A DNA stretch of 64,000 nt from a virus. The notes under the pieces were generated by a model, which was not told the DNA's origin, did not search any database, and saw nothing but the letters and a program-made list of their open reading frames with translations. Every line of letters starts with the position of its first letter. Position 1 is the first letter of the stretch. The position numbers were made by a program, and so were the translations under genes. The stretch is taken from IMG/VR virus record IMGVR_UViG_3300045016_000140, positions 1 through 64,000 of that record. One strand, given 5' to 3'. Positions 1-9,557 of this stretch are shown here, one piece after another.

Positions 1-3
1 GAT

Positions 4-780
4 TTGGCTGGCAACAATGGGTGCCAGGCGATAGTTGCTTCGCCTGATATATTGCCTCAGTTGTTTATAAAGCGTGGCGTTCGTAGGTTTGAGCAGAAGT
101 TTCGGATCATTACTGTTGTTGATTGGCCAAATGGTTTGCAGTTTAGGCAGGATAAGTTCAGGGGTTTGCCAGCGGAGGCGATGGCCGCTGATGGTTTTGA
201 GATCATGATTACCTTGCGCGGCCAGCAGCTTGTGTTGAGTGAGTTGCAGTATTTGTCTGATTTTTTGAAGGCTAATTTTCAGCCGTTATTTGAGTTTCGG
301 GTTGTGCTTGGGATTGGTTTGCCGGGCAGGGGTGATGATTTTATAAGGCATGTGTGCATGGCGATGAAGAGGGTGGCGTTGCCGACGATGGTTAGGACGA
401 CGCATTTGAACACTATCCCGGACGTATCTAACTGGGTTGAGTATAATACAAAGCTGATAAAGAAGATACGGCAGTGGTCGCCAATTCCGATCAAGGTTGG
501 CGGGCATTTTGATTATGGTATTCGCATGAATTGTGTGGCTAATAAGTTTGCCATTCAGGCGCAACATGTGGCGCAATATGTTGCCGTTGTTCAGAGGAAG
601 ATTCAGAAAGAGGGTGCTCAGGCTGTGCTGGCAGCTCCGGTTCCCGCTCCCATTTCTACTCCTGCTCCAGCACCTACTCCTGCCCCAGCCCCAGCCCCTG
701 CTCCAGCACCTACTCCTGCCCCAGCCCCAGCCCCTGCCCCAGCCCCTGCCCCCGTTCGTGAGACCCCTCGTAGGGCATAG
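4..780 (+). CDS. Hypothetical protein with C-terminal Pro-Ala low-complexity tail (probably 5'-truncated by the window edge)
   Basis: 258-aa ORF starting at the window edge; ends in (PA/PT)n repeats. Confidence 0.65.
   Translation: MAGNNGCQAIVASPDILPQLFIKRGVRRFEQKFRIITVVDWPNGLQFRQDKFRGLPAEAMAADGFEIMITLRGQQLVLSELQYLSDFLKANFQPLFEFRVVLGIGLPGRGDDFIRHVCMAMKRVALPTMVRTTHLNTIPDVSNWVEYNTKLIKKIRQWSPIPIKVGGHFDYGIRMNCVANKFAIQAQHVAQYVAVVQRKIQKEGAQAVLAAPVPAPISTPAPAPTPAPAPAPAPAPTPAPAPAPAPAPAPVRETPRRA
634..753 (+). repeat. Pro-Ala coding tandem repeat (cctgcc/ccagcc units)
   Basis: Repeated cctgctccagcacctactcctgccccagcc blocks. Confidence 0.9.
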
Positions 781-782
781 AA

Positions 783-2393
783 TTATATATTAGTTATCCA
801 TCGTATTTTACCTAAATCGTAGATCTTGTGGTATCCTGCTTCTGTGCGTAATTCATGCTCTGTCTTTGATGTTGCTTTCTCGAAATCTTTTTTGCGCATT
901 GTTGATTTATTATATCTAATTGAATTTTTTACCCAATAATAGTCTGGGCGGACTATGCCGTCTTTAGTGAATCCCATCTTTTGATAGACGTTTCCATTGG
1001 AAATTCTGTTGTCGCTGAAAGTTATTAGCTTTCCAGATATGACATTGTTTGTTTTTAGCCAGTTGATTATATATGACCATATGCCATGAATGCGGTATTT
1101 TGTGTTGCACGCCATTCTCGAGATTTCCCAATCGGCCGTGCAATTTTGGCGTATTGGTTTTCGTAGAGACATTGCTGCGATTAAAACATTGTTATAATAA
1201 ATGCCAACGTTATACGAAGAATATGTGATGTTTCCAATATAGTGGTATTGTTTATAGATGGAGTTAGCTTCTCTAGTGCTTATTAGTTTAATTTGGCATT
1301 TTTGCGGCCTGATGTTTATTGCCGCATTAATGTTTAATTTTTGCTTTATCATTGACATGATGATGTCATGCTTCGTTTCCCACTCGTCTGAGAATATATG
1401 TATGTCGGCATCACTATAATTAATGGTATCATTGATGTCGTAGATCGCGGCTTTAAATAGATTGTTTATGGTTATTACGTTATCATTATTGGAGGTTTTT
1501 ATCCCAATTGTGTTTAATTCCTTTGCGAGGTTATGTGATGTGTTGTTCAGATTGTGTAATAAGTTAAGATAGTGCTGTATTTTGTCAATCATTGGGCCGG
1601 AATGTACCCCATTGGGCAATGACAATCGTAATTTTGCTATTTCATAAGCATATATTAGATTTTGTTTCTTGAGCACCATATGATCTAATAAATATGGGGC
1701 GAATTCATTGATTTTATTGGTTAATAAGTTGATTGCATATGTGCGTCTTTTATTGTTAGTGGGTTTATTGCTTAAGTGGGTGTTTACGCCGAAAATTTGT
1801 GACATATATTTTATGGTTGGTAGATTTGTGATGTTTATCGATATGCATGGGCGTTTATTTGGTCTTCGGTTTGGTCCAGTCCTAATGCTTACGTATATTG
1901 ATCCATCGCCGTCTATAAATCCGGCTAACCATGGCCATGTGAATTCATGGTGCCTTGTGTAGTTATCTTCTTGTGCTTTTGGTCCGCGCGCATTGAGTGC
2001 TTTTATTTTGGCGCATATATTATCCCACGCTTGTGACTCTTCAGGGGTGTATGTTGTGTTGTCGCTGTTTTTGATGTTCATTGCGCCCAATAGTAATTGG
2101 GCGTGTGGCTGTTTTGTGTATAGGTAATTGACGATGTTTTTGACGATATATTGTAATTTTTGTTTACTGTAAATGTGGATATGGTAGCTAGTAGATTTGG
2201 CCGCTCCCGATGGTTTTTTGGTCGTTATTTTTTCATTTAGTATTTCACTTATGTAGTTAATGGCATCTAGCGATGTCATACCTATATGTAAATTATATAT
2301 GCGTATGCCGTTTGGCGTTTTGGATATGTGGAAGCTGCCTTCTGCGTCTATTAATCCAGCGAGATACTGCCATTTTTGTGTTTCGCTGCTCAT
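783..2393 (-). CDS. Double-motif LAGLIDADG homing endonuclease fused to a C-terminal Mom-like GNAT domain
   Basis: YLAGLIDAEG and WLAGFIDGDG motifs; C-terminal KQYHYIG...WEISRMA...LITFSDNRISNGNVYQKMGF...PDYYW, homologous to the C-terminus of 19363..21105. Confidence 0.8.
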   Translation of the reverse strand: MSSETQKWQYLAGLIDAEGSFHISKTPNGIRIYNLHIGMTSLDAINYISEILNEKITTKKPSGAAKSTSYHIHIYSKQKLQYIVKNIVNYLYTKQPHAQLLLGAMNIKNSDNTTYTPEESQAWDNICAKIKALNARGPKAQEDNYTRHHEFTWPWLAGFIDGDGSIYVSIRTGPNRRPNKRPCISINITNLPTIKYMSQIFGVNTHLSNKPTNNKRRTYAINLLTNKINEFAPYLLDHMVLKKQNLIYAYEIAKLRLSLPNGVHSGPMIDKIQHYLNLLHNLNNTSHNLAKELNTIGIKTSNNDNVITINNLFKAAIYDINDTINYSDADIHIFSDEWETKHDIIMSMIKQKLNINAAINIRPQKCQIKLISTREANSIYKQYHYIGNITYSSYNVGIYYNNVLIAAMSLRKPIRQNCTADWEISRMACNTKYRIHGIWSYIINWLKTNNVISGKLITFSDNRISNGNVYQKMGFTKDGIVRPDYYWVKNSIRYNKSTMRKKDFEKATSKTEHELRTEAGYHKIYDLGKIRWITNI

Positions 2394-2462
2394 ACTGTAT
2401 TTACCTCAAAATATTTGCGTGCGTGTATTTAAACAATGGTTCATACAACAATAAGGTGAAAA

Positions 2463-3737
2463 ATGCCAGACATTTTCAAGCCAGGTAAGATAACTTTCGT
2501 TCTAGATGGTGGAGCTGGTTCGTCAGGCAAAGGAATAAGGGCCGCCAATATGTGGAAATATCACAGAGCCCCGCTTACTGCTATAGCTATAAATACCTTT
2601 CTTAGTAACGCGGCACACACAATACAACACGCTGATGGTCGTGAATATGTCCATCAATGTCTTTCAAGCGTTACGACGGTTGATGATAAATGGAATTTAC
2701 AATATCTTGGGCCTGGTTGCGGGTTTGCGGTCGACGAGTTTTTGAGGGATGTTGAACAGTCTAATTTGAGCGATGTTTGTAAGAAGAGTCGCATTAAAAT
2801 ACATCCAAATGTATCAATTGTCACCCAGAAGGATATTGATTATGAGAAGGGATTAGTTAATTTCGACGGTGATAAATCCACTGCTCATGATTCTGCGAAT
2901 TTGAGGATTGGTAGCACTCTGCATGGAGTTGGTGCAGCGAGGGCTAGACGCATATTGCGTCGTCCGGATGCTGTAATTGCTAAAAATGTCCCAGAACTGC
3001 AAAGCTACATTCAGGATTGTGGACCGGTGATTATGTCTAGCTTAGATGACGGGTATTCGGCGCTTGGAGAGATTGCTCAAGGATACCAGTTAAGCTTGTA
3101 TAGTAAATTTTACCCGTGCACGACATCTAGGAATTGTTCTGTAATGGCATTTATGGATGACGCTATGTTGCCTTTGAGATTTGCTGGCCCCGTTGTGTTG
3201 AATTTTAGAACTTATCCGATACGTGTCAATGACAATAAATATGTGCGTAAGTCTGATGACAAAATTCTTACGTGGGATGAATATGCGTCAACGCGCGAAG
3301 ATGATAGAAGGATTGTTGTTGGGTACTCTGGCGGGTGTTATCCGGACCAGCAGGAACTTACGTGGGACCAAATTTCTGAGAGTGCTGGTGAGAAGATATT
3401 TGAATGCACTAGTCTTACGAAGCTTCCGCGTAGAGTGTTTTCGTTTTCTCGGCAGAATATGGATGAGGCTATGATATATAATAATACTGGCGATGATATG
3501 TATCTTAGTATTAATTTTATGAATTATGTTGATGCGTCTGTTAAAGGTAAGAGGAATATTATTGATGTATTAACTCCAAAGGTTAGGCGGTGGTTGTGCG
3601 AGAATATATTCTCGCATGGTTTTTATTCATTTTGTGATAATAATCAGATTAATTTCCGTGGTCTATTTATTGGTACTTGGAAGACGATTGATGATAGTGT
3701 ATATGTTGACGCTGAGGTCATACGGCATTTGCTATGA
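2463..3737 (+). CDS. purZ: PurZ-type adenylosuccinate-synthetase homologue (N6-succino-2-amino-dAMP synthetase)
   Basis: GSSGKG (Ser where PurA has Asp in GDEGKG), NAAHT, YLGPG, GST.HG.G, QGYQLS, RTYPIRV, SG.CYPD, TKLPRRVFSFS, and INF.NY in place of PurA TKLD. Confidence 0.8.
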   Translation: MPDIFKPGKITFVLDGGAGSSGKGIRAANMWKYHRAPLTAIAINTFLSNAAHTIQHADGREYVHQCLSSVTTVDDKWNLQYLGPGCGFAVDEFLRDVEQSNLSDVCKKSRIKIHPNVSIVTQKDIDYEKGLVNFDGDKSTAHDSANLRIGSTLHGVGAARARRILRRPDAVIAKNVPELQSYIQDCGPVIMSSLDDGYSALGEIAQGYQLSLYSKFYPCTTSRNCSVMAFMDDAMLPLRFAGPVVLNFRTYPIRVNDNKYVRKSDDKILTWDEYASTREDDRRIVVGYSGGCYPDQQELTWDQISESAGEKIFECTSLTKLPRRVFSFSRQNMDEAMIYNNTGDDMYLSINFMNYVDASVKGKRNIIDVLTPKVRRWLCENIFSHGFYSFCDNNQINFRGLFIGTWKTIDDSVYVDAEVIRHLL

Positions 3738-4189
3738 AAATAATAGTTGCCACTGGTATAATAGCTGGGAAGCCTACGGCAAATGGGAATATATATTCCC
3801 ATAAATTGCTTATGGATCTGATCTCGAAATATAATAGGACTAATAAATATTCACCCAAAAGCGGTAGTTTGATAAATAGGCAGCATATTCAGCAGGTTGG
3901 TGACATTACCCATACTTGTGGGAGGATATTTATGAATGAATCATCTATGTTGTGCGCTGAGATCAATATATCTGATACCCCTGCTGGTAAGGCAATATTG
4001 GATGCGATATCTTCCGGTAGCGAGGTAGTTGGTAGGCCGATTACGAGTCTTCCGGCGTCTGCCATGAGCCAGAAGACTGGCTCGGAGCCGTTCATAGTGC
4101 CACATATTGACAGAATTATTAGGGTACAGCTAGAAATCAAGGAAAATACCACGGGACTCAAAGAAAAGCCTCCGGAAAATACCACTTAA
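3734..4189 (+). CDS. Degenerate T4 gp21-type prohead protease-like protein
   Basis: ANGNIYS, ITHT and DTPAGK motifs resemble gp21; GELDHP and SSRG motifs are absent. Confidence 0.55.
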   Translation: MKIIVATGIIAGKPTANGNIYSHKLLMDLISKYNRTNKYSPKSGSLINRQHIQQVGDITHTCGRIFMNESSMLCAEINISDTPAGKAILDAISSGSEVVGRPITSLPASAMSQKTGSEPFIVPHIDRIIRVQLEIKENTTGLKEKPPENTT

Positions 4190-4203
4190 GTTAGAGAGTC
4201 AAA

Positions 4204-4395
4204 ATGCTAACTAAAGAAGAAGTTCTAAAGCTGAAACATGAGTGCGCTATGCGTATTCTTGCGGTATATATTAATCGTATTAGTGATAGATATGATGATA
4301 CATGTAGGAATATATATCATAGGTATGTGGTATCCGCTCTCGATGTGGCGGAATTATTTGTCCAGGAATGTATTGATAGGAGTAAAAATGAGTAG
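4204..4395 (+). CDS. Small hypothetical protein
   Basis: 63-aa ORF in operon, overlapping the next start. Confidence 0.5.
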   Translation: MLTKEEVLKLKHECAMRILAVYINRISDRYDDTCRNIYHRYVVSALDVAELFVQECIDRSKNE

Positions 4396-4756
4396 GAGAG
4401 CTAAACCATATATATTTATATATGATGGTAAGTTAATGGAAACATCATCTTTAGCTGAATTATATACTGGGTGCGATAAAGATGAATGGTTAGATATATG
4501 TCGTGAGACAATTGCTAGGTATTGTTTAATGGAGGCTATAGTGCGTTGTAATGATAATGAGGCAGATGACAATGACCGTAAAATTATGAAATCGTTAAAG
4601 CGTACGGTTTTGAGTTTGAAGAAGATAGATCCGATAACTGGTTCTAATTATGATATTAATGCAATCATAGCCAATAATATGAAAGTAATTATAGATAATA
4701 TGGCCATGGATGCACAGCTCAATGTGGTTAAATCAATCAAAGTATCTAGTATATAA
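4388..4756 (+). CDS. Hypothetical protein
   Basis: In-frame ATG at 4388 overlapping the upstream gene end (ORF track start 4238). Confidence 0.55.
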   Translation: MSRRAKPYIFIYDGKLMETSSLAELYTGCDKDEWLDICRETIARYCLMEAIVRCNDNEADDNDRKIMKSLKRTVLSLKKIDPITGSNYDINAIIANNMKVIIDNMAMDAQLNVVKSIKVSSI

Positions 4757-4846
4757 TCAAAGATCAAAAAGATCTTGAGGAAAACGGCAGCGTCTTTGTC
4801 GCACCAAAGGCATCTAAATCCTAATTATCTCTAGCAAATATATTAT

Positions 4847-5035
4847 ATGAAATACATTAAAATACGTAAAATGCGGTCTGTTGACAAAGATGTTCTTGGC
4901 GATGTCACCAAGAGGACTACGCCTGACATTTATATTGGTGGTGGTAATGAGTATAAGCAAGCTGGCGTGGCTGGTGGGTTTAAATTAGTTAAGCCTCGCC
5001 AAGGGCACTCAATGAAGGCAAATTTGCGGAGTTGA
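4847..5035 (+). CDS. Small basic hypothetical protein
   Basis: 62 aa; CAAATATA motif 12 nt upstream of ATG. Confidence 0.5.
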   Translation: MKYIKIRKMRSVDKDVLGDVTKRTTPDIYIGGGNEYKQAGVAGGFKLVKPRQGHSMKANLRS

Positions 5036-5921
5036 GTTGCAAATTTTGTGCAGCCAATAGAATTGCATCTATGCAGTTTTCGTGTGGTAGGTGCGTGAAG
5101 TCATTTAGGAATTCGAATTTGTTATACGACGAGCAGAATACATATTTTGAGCGTATTGTACTTGAGAGGTTTTTAGCGGCCCAGTTGTAGTGAAGAGATT
5201 CGCCTCTGAATCTGCGGACTCGTTCTTCATCCTTGACATCTGGGTTGTGTCCCCAGGGATATAGCTTGCCAGAACGGTCTGTGGCCATGTCGCAGCCGAC
5301 GATGTATATTCTTTCGTGCCCTAGCCATAGTCCTATTTGCATGGATGCGTATACTGTTGAACGTCCGACATATATTCCATCGCGCAAGTTTATACTGAAT
5401 CCCTGGCCAGGGATGCTAGTAAGCACTATGCTGTTTTGTTTGAATTTTTTGATGATATTAGTATTGAATAATATGCCGTCTGTGAATTCATCCCAATATT
5501 TTGCCCAGCGTTCTCTCATTTTATCGTCGCAGAATGTCCAATATTTAGTGGGCCATACTCTATCGTCTGGCTTGTTTATCGACATTAGGTCGATGATTTG
5601 CGAGCTTTTGAGTTTCGGTAGATCTATTTCGCCGTGTGATGGTCCATTGCCGATTATTACGAGTATTCTACCAGCTCCGGTGTTGCGCAACCTATCAATG
5701 GCGGTTGGCGCTGGTGGCGGTGGTTCGTATTGTTCGGCTTTGACTCTGTCAACTATGCTTGGGACTTGTCTGGTGCGTTTTGGTTGTGCGGCGATGACGT
5801 TTCGTATGCTGACTGCCTGCGGCGTTGCCCTGGGTATAGGTTTACAGCGTATTGATTGTACGTCGGCCTTTGTGGCTCGTCTAATGGGTCTAATAGGTAT
5901 GTTCGGTATGTATGGCACCAA
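4989..5921 (-). CDS. DUF115/MptE/Maf-like protein (Rossmann-like, often glycosylation-associated)
   Basis: ILVIIGNGPS, LMSIN and IGLWLGHERIYIVGCDM motifs. Confidence 0.7.
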   Translation of the reverse strand: MVPYIPNIPIRPIRRATKADVQSIRCKPIPRATPQAVSIRNVIAAQPKRTRQVPSIVDRVKAEQYEPPPPAPTAIDRLRNTGAGRILVIIGNGPSHGEIDLPKLKSSQIIDLMSINKPDDRVWPTKYWTFCDDKMRERWAKYWDEFTDGILFNTNIIKKFKQNSIVLTSIPGQGFSINLRDGIYVGRSTVYASMQIGLWLGHERIYIVGCDMATDRSGKLYPWGHNPDVKDEERVRRFRGESLHYNWAAKNLSSTIRSKYVFCSSYNKFEFLNDFTHLPHENCIDAILLAAQNLQLNSANLPSLSALGEA

Positions 5922-6546
5922 TTCCTGCCTTTATGACTTCTATGCTTCTGGTGTTTGGGAGTGGGGTTTTATTAATTATAGCTTCTGTAAGTTTGGATTT
6001 ATTTCTGGTTTGTCGAATTTCTTTGCTTTTAATTGTATACATGATTCTGGTTACTGCTGTTGTGACCAAATTGAAAACAGGAGCTCTTCCAGGAGTATAT
6101 TTGAGTTTACCGCGCAGTATCTTAGAAAGGGCGTGCATTAGTGCGTCATGAGCTAGTTCTTTGCGTTCTTCATCAGTTCTTGGGTGGAACTTTGTGGCCA
6201 CTCCATAACATATTAGGAATAACATATTTACTAATTTTTGCCAGGTTTCGTTTACTGGATTGTCGGGATAATATCCTTGCGTGGCCAATGATTTTTCAAG
6301 ATTTTTGTCCTCGTCATACATCGTCGATGTTATGGCCGCCTTTATCATATTGTTCCGGACTATACCGCAGTGTGATTCGAAAAATACGGGATTTTTCGTT
6401 GCTATGCAGTGTGACATATAATTTTCAGATGGCTTTGACCATAACACATTGGTTTGGCGTAAAACTTCGAGTTGTGGGGTGTTGGATGCCGTTATCCACA
6501 TACCCCATAACTCTTCTAGCTCTTTTGTGTTGCAGTATCTAGGCAT
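5890..6546 (-). CDS. T4 gp55-like sigma factor
   Basis: N-terminal YCNTKEL; ICYGVATKF...ELAHDALMHALSK...PGRAPVFNLVTTAVTR...KEIRQ resembles the gp55 region-2 core. Confidence 0.65.
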   Translation of the reverse strand: MPRYCNTKELEELWGMWITASNTPQLEVLRQTNVLWSKPSENYMSHCIATKNPVFFESHCGIVRNNMIKAAITSTMYDEDKNLEKSLATQGYYPDNPVNETWQKLVNMLFLICYGVATKFHPRTDEERKELAHDALMHALSKILRGKLKYTPGRAPVFNLVTTAVTRIMYTIKSKEIRQTRNKSKLTEAIINKTPLPNTRSIEVIKAGIGAIHTEHTY

Positions 6547-6581
6547 ATTTTTTCAATACATTGAGCGCAGTTGGAGTTTAT

Positions 6582-7907
6582 ATGGCAAGGGCAATGCAGC
6601 TTCCAGGATTATATTTGAGAGGATCTATATCTGCTCAGACGATGGCTGGATTGTCATGTGAAGAAGTATCCGTCATTAATGGCATTGTCGGACAGGTCGC
6701 TAATTCTTGTGATTTGGCGGCCGACAAAAATGAATTTACTAAGCAACTGTCATTAACCATAGGTGGTGACTATAAGGATTATGAAGCCGCAGAGGCTGAG
6801 TTCTTTATAGCCATATGGCGCGCAACCATATATCTATTACATCACAGGAATTATACATATATATGTTCAGTGTGCGGAGCCACGGAATATGACACTATAT
6901 CTGGCAAACGGCGTGCAATTGACCAGCAGTTTAAAATTTGTCCGGCATGCAATAAGGCGATGTATAATCGAAATATAGTTAGCATAAAAGAAGAATGTGG
7001 TCAATATAGCATATTATTAAACAATAGTGCAATAATTTCAAACCCCAGCAAAAAAGAAATATGTAATATTTTAACGTCTCCGATTAACCCAATTTATGGC
7101 TCAAAGAAGATTGAAGACCCACAGAAAATCTTAAATGATGCATCTCAGCGCAATAAATGGTATACTGTATGGATATGGAATTATTTTAGACAGATTTTGA
7201 ATGAGAACGCGATAATAACTCATGGCTTGCAGCAATGTAGCGTGTCTGGCTTGGCTGATAGAATCGCATATGACGTCATTGTGAACCAGCTAATAAAAGA
7301 AAAATATAAGTTTTATGTTGACATGGCAGCGGTTGATTCTTGCAAGTACGAAATATGTTTAAACATATATTCCACCAAACCGGAATTCTCATATTTTTTG
7401 ATGTCGATGATTAAAGAATATAAAGCATACGGCGTTGACATTATTGTCGATGACACATGCATACAAGTCAAAGGGCATGAGGATATGCCAATCATTGATG
7501 CGGTCATATCCATCGACAGTGAGGTTAATACAATTAGCATTGACGGCCCAACGTCGACTAACATAGATTATAATGATGACAATTGGGGGGATGCGGTTGA
7601 ATCAAATGTCGTCAATTTTGAAGAACACGATGGCATCGAAGATTACGTGTCCAATGAAGTGATGAATTGCGTTAGAAATCATTTGCCAGATGATAAGACA
7701 AAAGCGGTTTTTGACATTTTGAGCCAGAGCGGTAAGAATTGGGTTGAATTTTCTCGTCTATGGGGCGGCACCGTTCCTAGTAAAGCTCATATGGCTAAGT
7801 TTTTGGGCGTATCCATGGACGCAATCGACGTATATAAAGGCATTATTGCTGATCAGTGTATTGCCAATGATATGGTCAATGGCGACGTTAATATCCATGC
7901 CCGATGA
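6582..7907 (+). CDS. Putative sigma-70-like protein with Zn-ribbon insertion and C-terminal HTH
   Basis: GGAG SD before ATG 6582; EAEFFIAIWRA region-2-like helix; CSVC...CPAC; C-terminal LPDDKTKAVFDI...SKAHMAKFLGVSMDAI region-4-like HTH. Confidence 0.45.
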   Translation: MARAMQLPGLYLRGSISAQTMAGLSCEEVSVINGIVGQVANSCDLAADKNEFTKQLSLTIGGDYKDYEAAEAEFFIAIWRATIYLLHHRNYTYICSVCGATEYDTISGKRRAIDQQFKICPACNKAMYNRNIVSIKEECGQYSILLNNSAIISNPSKKEICNILTSPINPIYGSKKIEDPQKILNDASQRNKWYTVWIWNYFRQILNENAIITHGLQQCSVSGLADRIAYDVIVNQLIKEKYKFYVDMAAVDSCKYEICLNIYSTKPEFSYFLMSMIKEYKAYGVDIIVDDTCIQVKGHEDMPIIDAVISIDSEVNTISIDGPTSTNIDYNDDNWGDAVESNVVNFEEHDGIEDYVSNEVMNCVRNHLPDDKTKAVFDILSQSGKNWVEFSRLWGGTVPSKAHMAKFLGVSMDAIDVYKGIIADQCIANDMVNGDVNIHAR

Positions 7908-8442
7908 TTTGACCCATCTTGTTCATTTTATTCTTGCGGAAGAACGTCGGCCCCATTCCGGTTGTTGTTGGCACTCGTGGTGCTGGCGTTAGGGCTTGGT
8001 CGATGAATCTAAGCTGCCCGGCTTCTGATTCGCTTAGCGTCCTTAATATGAAAGTGATGATTTCGCGTGGCGTCGCTTCGTTTGCGCTGTGACCTCCGTC
8101 CGTCGGCATCAGTGAGCCATATTTAGCTTCTCGCAGGTCGTTTAAGCTGTTATGCTCCGTGCTTCCGAGGAATTTGCGCAAATTGCCGAGCACGAACATA
8201 TGCCAGTCAATTTTGACGTATCCCGTGCGGGGGTCTATGTCTGCTATGGCCGGGCCAACTTCTACTGTCCCGTGTAATTGGGGAATTGCTTCTGTGATAT
8301 TCTGCAGGGATGGTGGGTATACTCCTTTGTCGAAGTTCTCTGTGGCTCCGATTTGCTCAACGAAATACTTGATAAGTAATCTTTTGGTGATTTCTTTGTT
8401 GAGGTGGCTGCGAATTTTATTGACTAGCGTTTTGTCCATCAT
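7888..8442 (-). CDS. Hypothetical protein
   Basis: 184-aa ORF preceded by CAAATATA on the minus strand. Confidence 0.65.
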   Translation of the reverse strand: MMDKTLVNKIRSHLNKEITKRLLIKYFVEQIGATENFDKGVYPPSLQNITEAIPQLHGTVEVGPAIADIDPRTGYVKIDWHMFVLGNLRKFLGSTEHNSLNDLREAKYGSLMPTDGGHSANEATPREIITFILRTLSESEAGQLRFIDQALTPAPRVPTTTGMGPTFFRKNKMNKMGQIIGHGY

Positions 8443-8460
8443 AATATATTTGCTGGTGCT

Positions 8461-8466
8461 GTATTT
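8461..8466 (+). promoter_or_regulatory. Example of recurrent GTATT(T) putative promoter (gp47)
   Basis: Recurs 13-15 nt before the ATG of gp47, primase, gp55-like and the ORFs at 19363 and 50719. Confidence 0.45.
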
Positions 8467-8474
8467 GATACCAT

Positions 8475-9557
8475 ATGCGACTATGTATATCAGCTGACGC
8501 CCATGTCGGTGTTAATGGGAAATTGAAGGATATTATGTGGGCCATGTCGAAAATTCGCCAGTATAATCATGAGCGCGATATAGATACATGGTTTATGCTT
8601 GGCGATTTGATGCATGATAGGGAGTCGGTCGGCACTAGTGAGCTATATGCTCTGACGCAATTTTTGGATGATACTGACATAAAGTATGGTCAGCAGATGC
8701 ATGTTCTTGTTGGTAACCATGACATGTATTTGAAGAATTCATGGGAAATTAATAGTTTGAGGCCATTGTCGAGGCATATTAAGGTATATGATAGCGTTCA
8801 GAGCGTCAGCATTGATGGGCGTAGAATATGGATTTTGCCTTTCATTTATTATGAAAATGAGTATATGGCTCGTCTGGCAGAGATTGAGTCTAACATATCA
8901 AAGGATGATATATTGTTTACGCATATTGGTGTGCGCGGCGCTAAATTCAACGCATGTTTTTTATTACAATCGTGGTCCACCGTTGATTTTGCTCAAAGCG
9001 CTTTCCAGCGAGTGTTAGCCGGGCACTTCCATTGTCATCAAGAAGTTGGGCGTGTGACGTATCCAGGGAGCATTATACCGTATAAATTCGATGAGGGTGA
9101 TGTTGATCATGGTTTTCTAATTTTAGACACTGATACGCTTAAGTGTGATTTTGTGAGCATTTGGGATGGTGTGAAGCCTGGTGAGTATAGGCCTCCACAA
9201 TATTTGACGTTTGATAGTGATGATTTGTCTGATTTGTCATTGGTTAATGGGAATGTCATTAGGATTCTGACGAGCAAGGAATATATTACGCAAAATAAGC
9301 TTATGGAGATTAGGCAGTCAGTGATTGATGCTGGAGCGGTTGATGTTAGATGGATGCATATTGCAACTAAAGATGATGTGCAGTCTATCGAAATGGCTAA
9401 GATGGCCACGTCGAAAGCTTCCGAGCTATTTGAAAGATATATGAATGCCGACAAGAGCGCTAAGGAATTAAATTCTTCGCTTCTTCTGAAAATGAATTCT
9501 GAGATTGTGGCCGAGGGCGATAGACTGTATGAAGTTCAGGAGGATGTAAGTGTTTGA
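8475..9557 (+). CDS. Mre11/SbcD-like recombination nuclease (T4 gp47-like)
   Basis: ADAH, LGDLMH, VGNHD and AGHFH metallophosphoesterase motifs; directly upstream of Rad50-like gene. Confidence 0.92.
   Translation: MRLCISADAHVGVNGKLKDIMWAMSKIRQYNHERDIDTWFMLGDLMHDRESVGTSELYALTQFLDDTDIKYGQQMHVLVGNHDMYLKNSWEINSLRPLSRHIKVYDSVQSVSIDGRRIWILPFIYYENEYMARLAEIESNISKDDILFTHIGVRGAKFNACFLLQSWSTVDFAQSAFQRVLAGHFHCHQEVGRVTYPGSIIPYKFDEGDVDHGFLILDTDTLKCDFVSIWDGVKPGEYRPPQYLTFDSDDLSDLSLVNGNVIRILTSKEYITQNKLMEIRQSVIDAGAVDVRWMHIATKDDVQSIEMAKMATSKASELFERYMNADKSAKELNSSLLLKMNSEIVAEGDRLYEVQEDVSV

Noticed and set aside
783-2393. Intein or group I intron around the LAGLIDADG gene
   Set aside because: No intein C-terminal HN motif and no interrupted host gene; appears free-standing.
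2463-3737. Ordinary purA
   Set aside because: Lacks GDEGKG and TKLD; carries PurZ-type substitutions.
5233-6141. 302-aa plus-strand ORF
   Set aside because: Antisense to two motif-bearing minus-strand genes.
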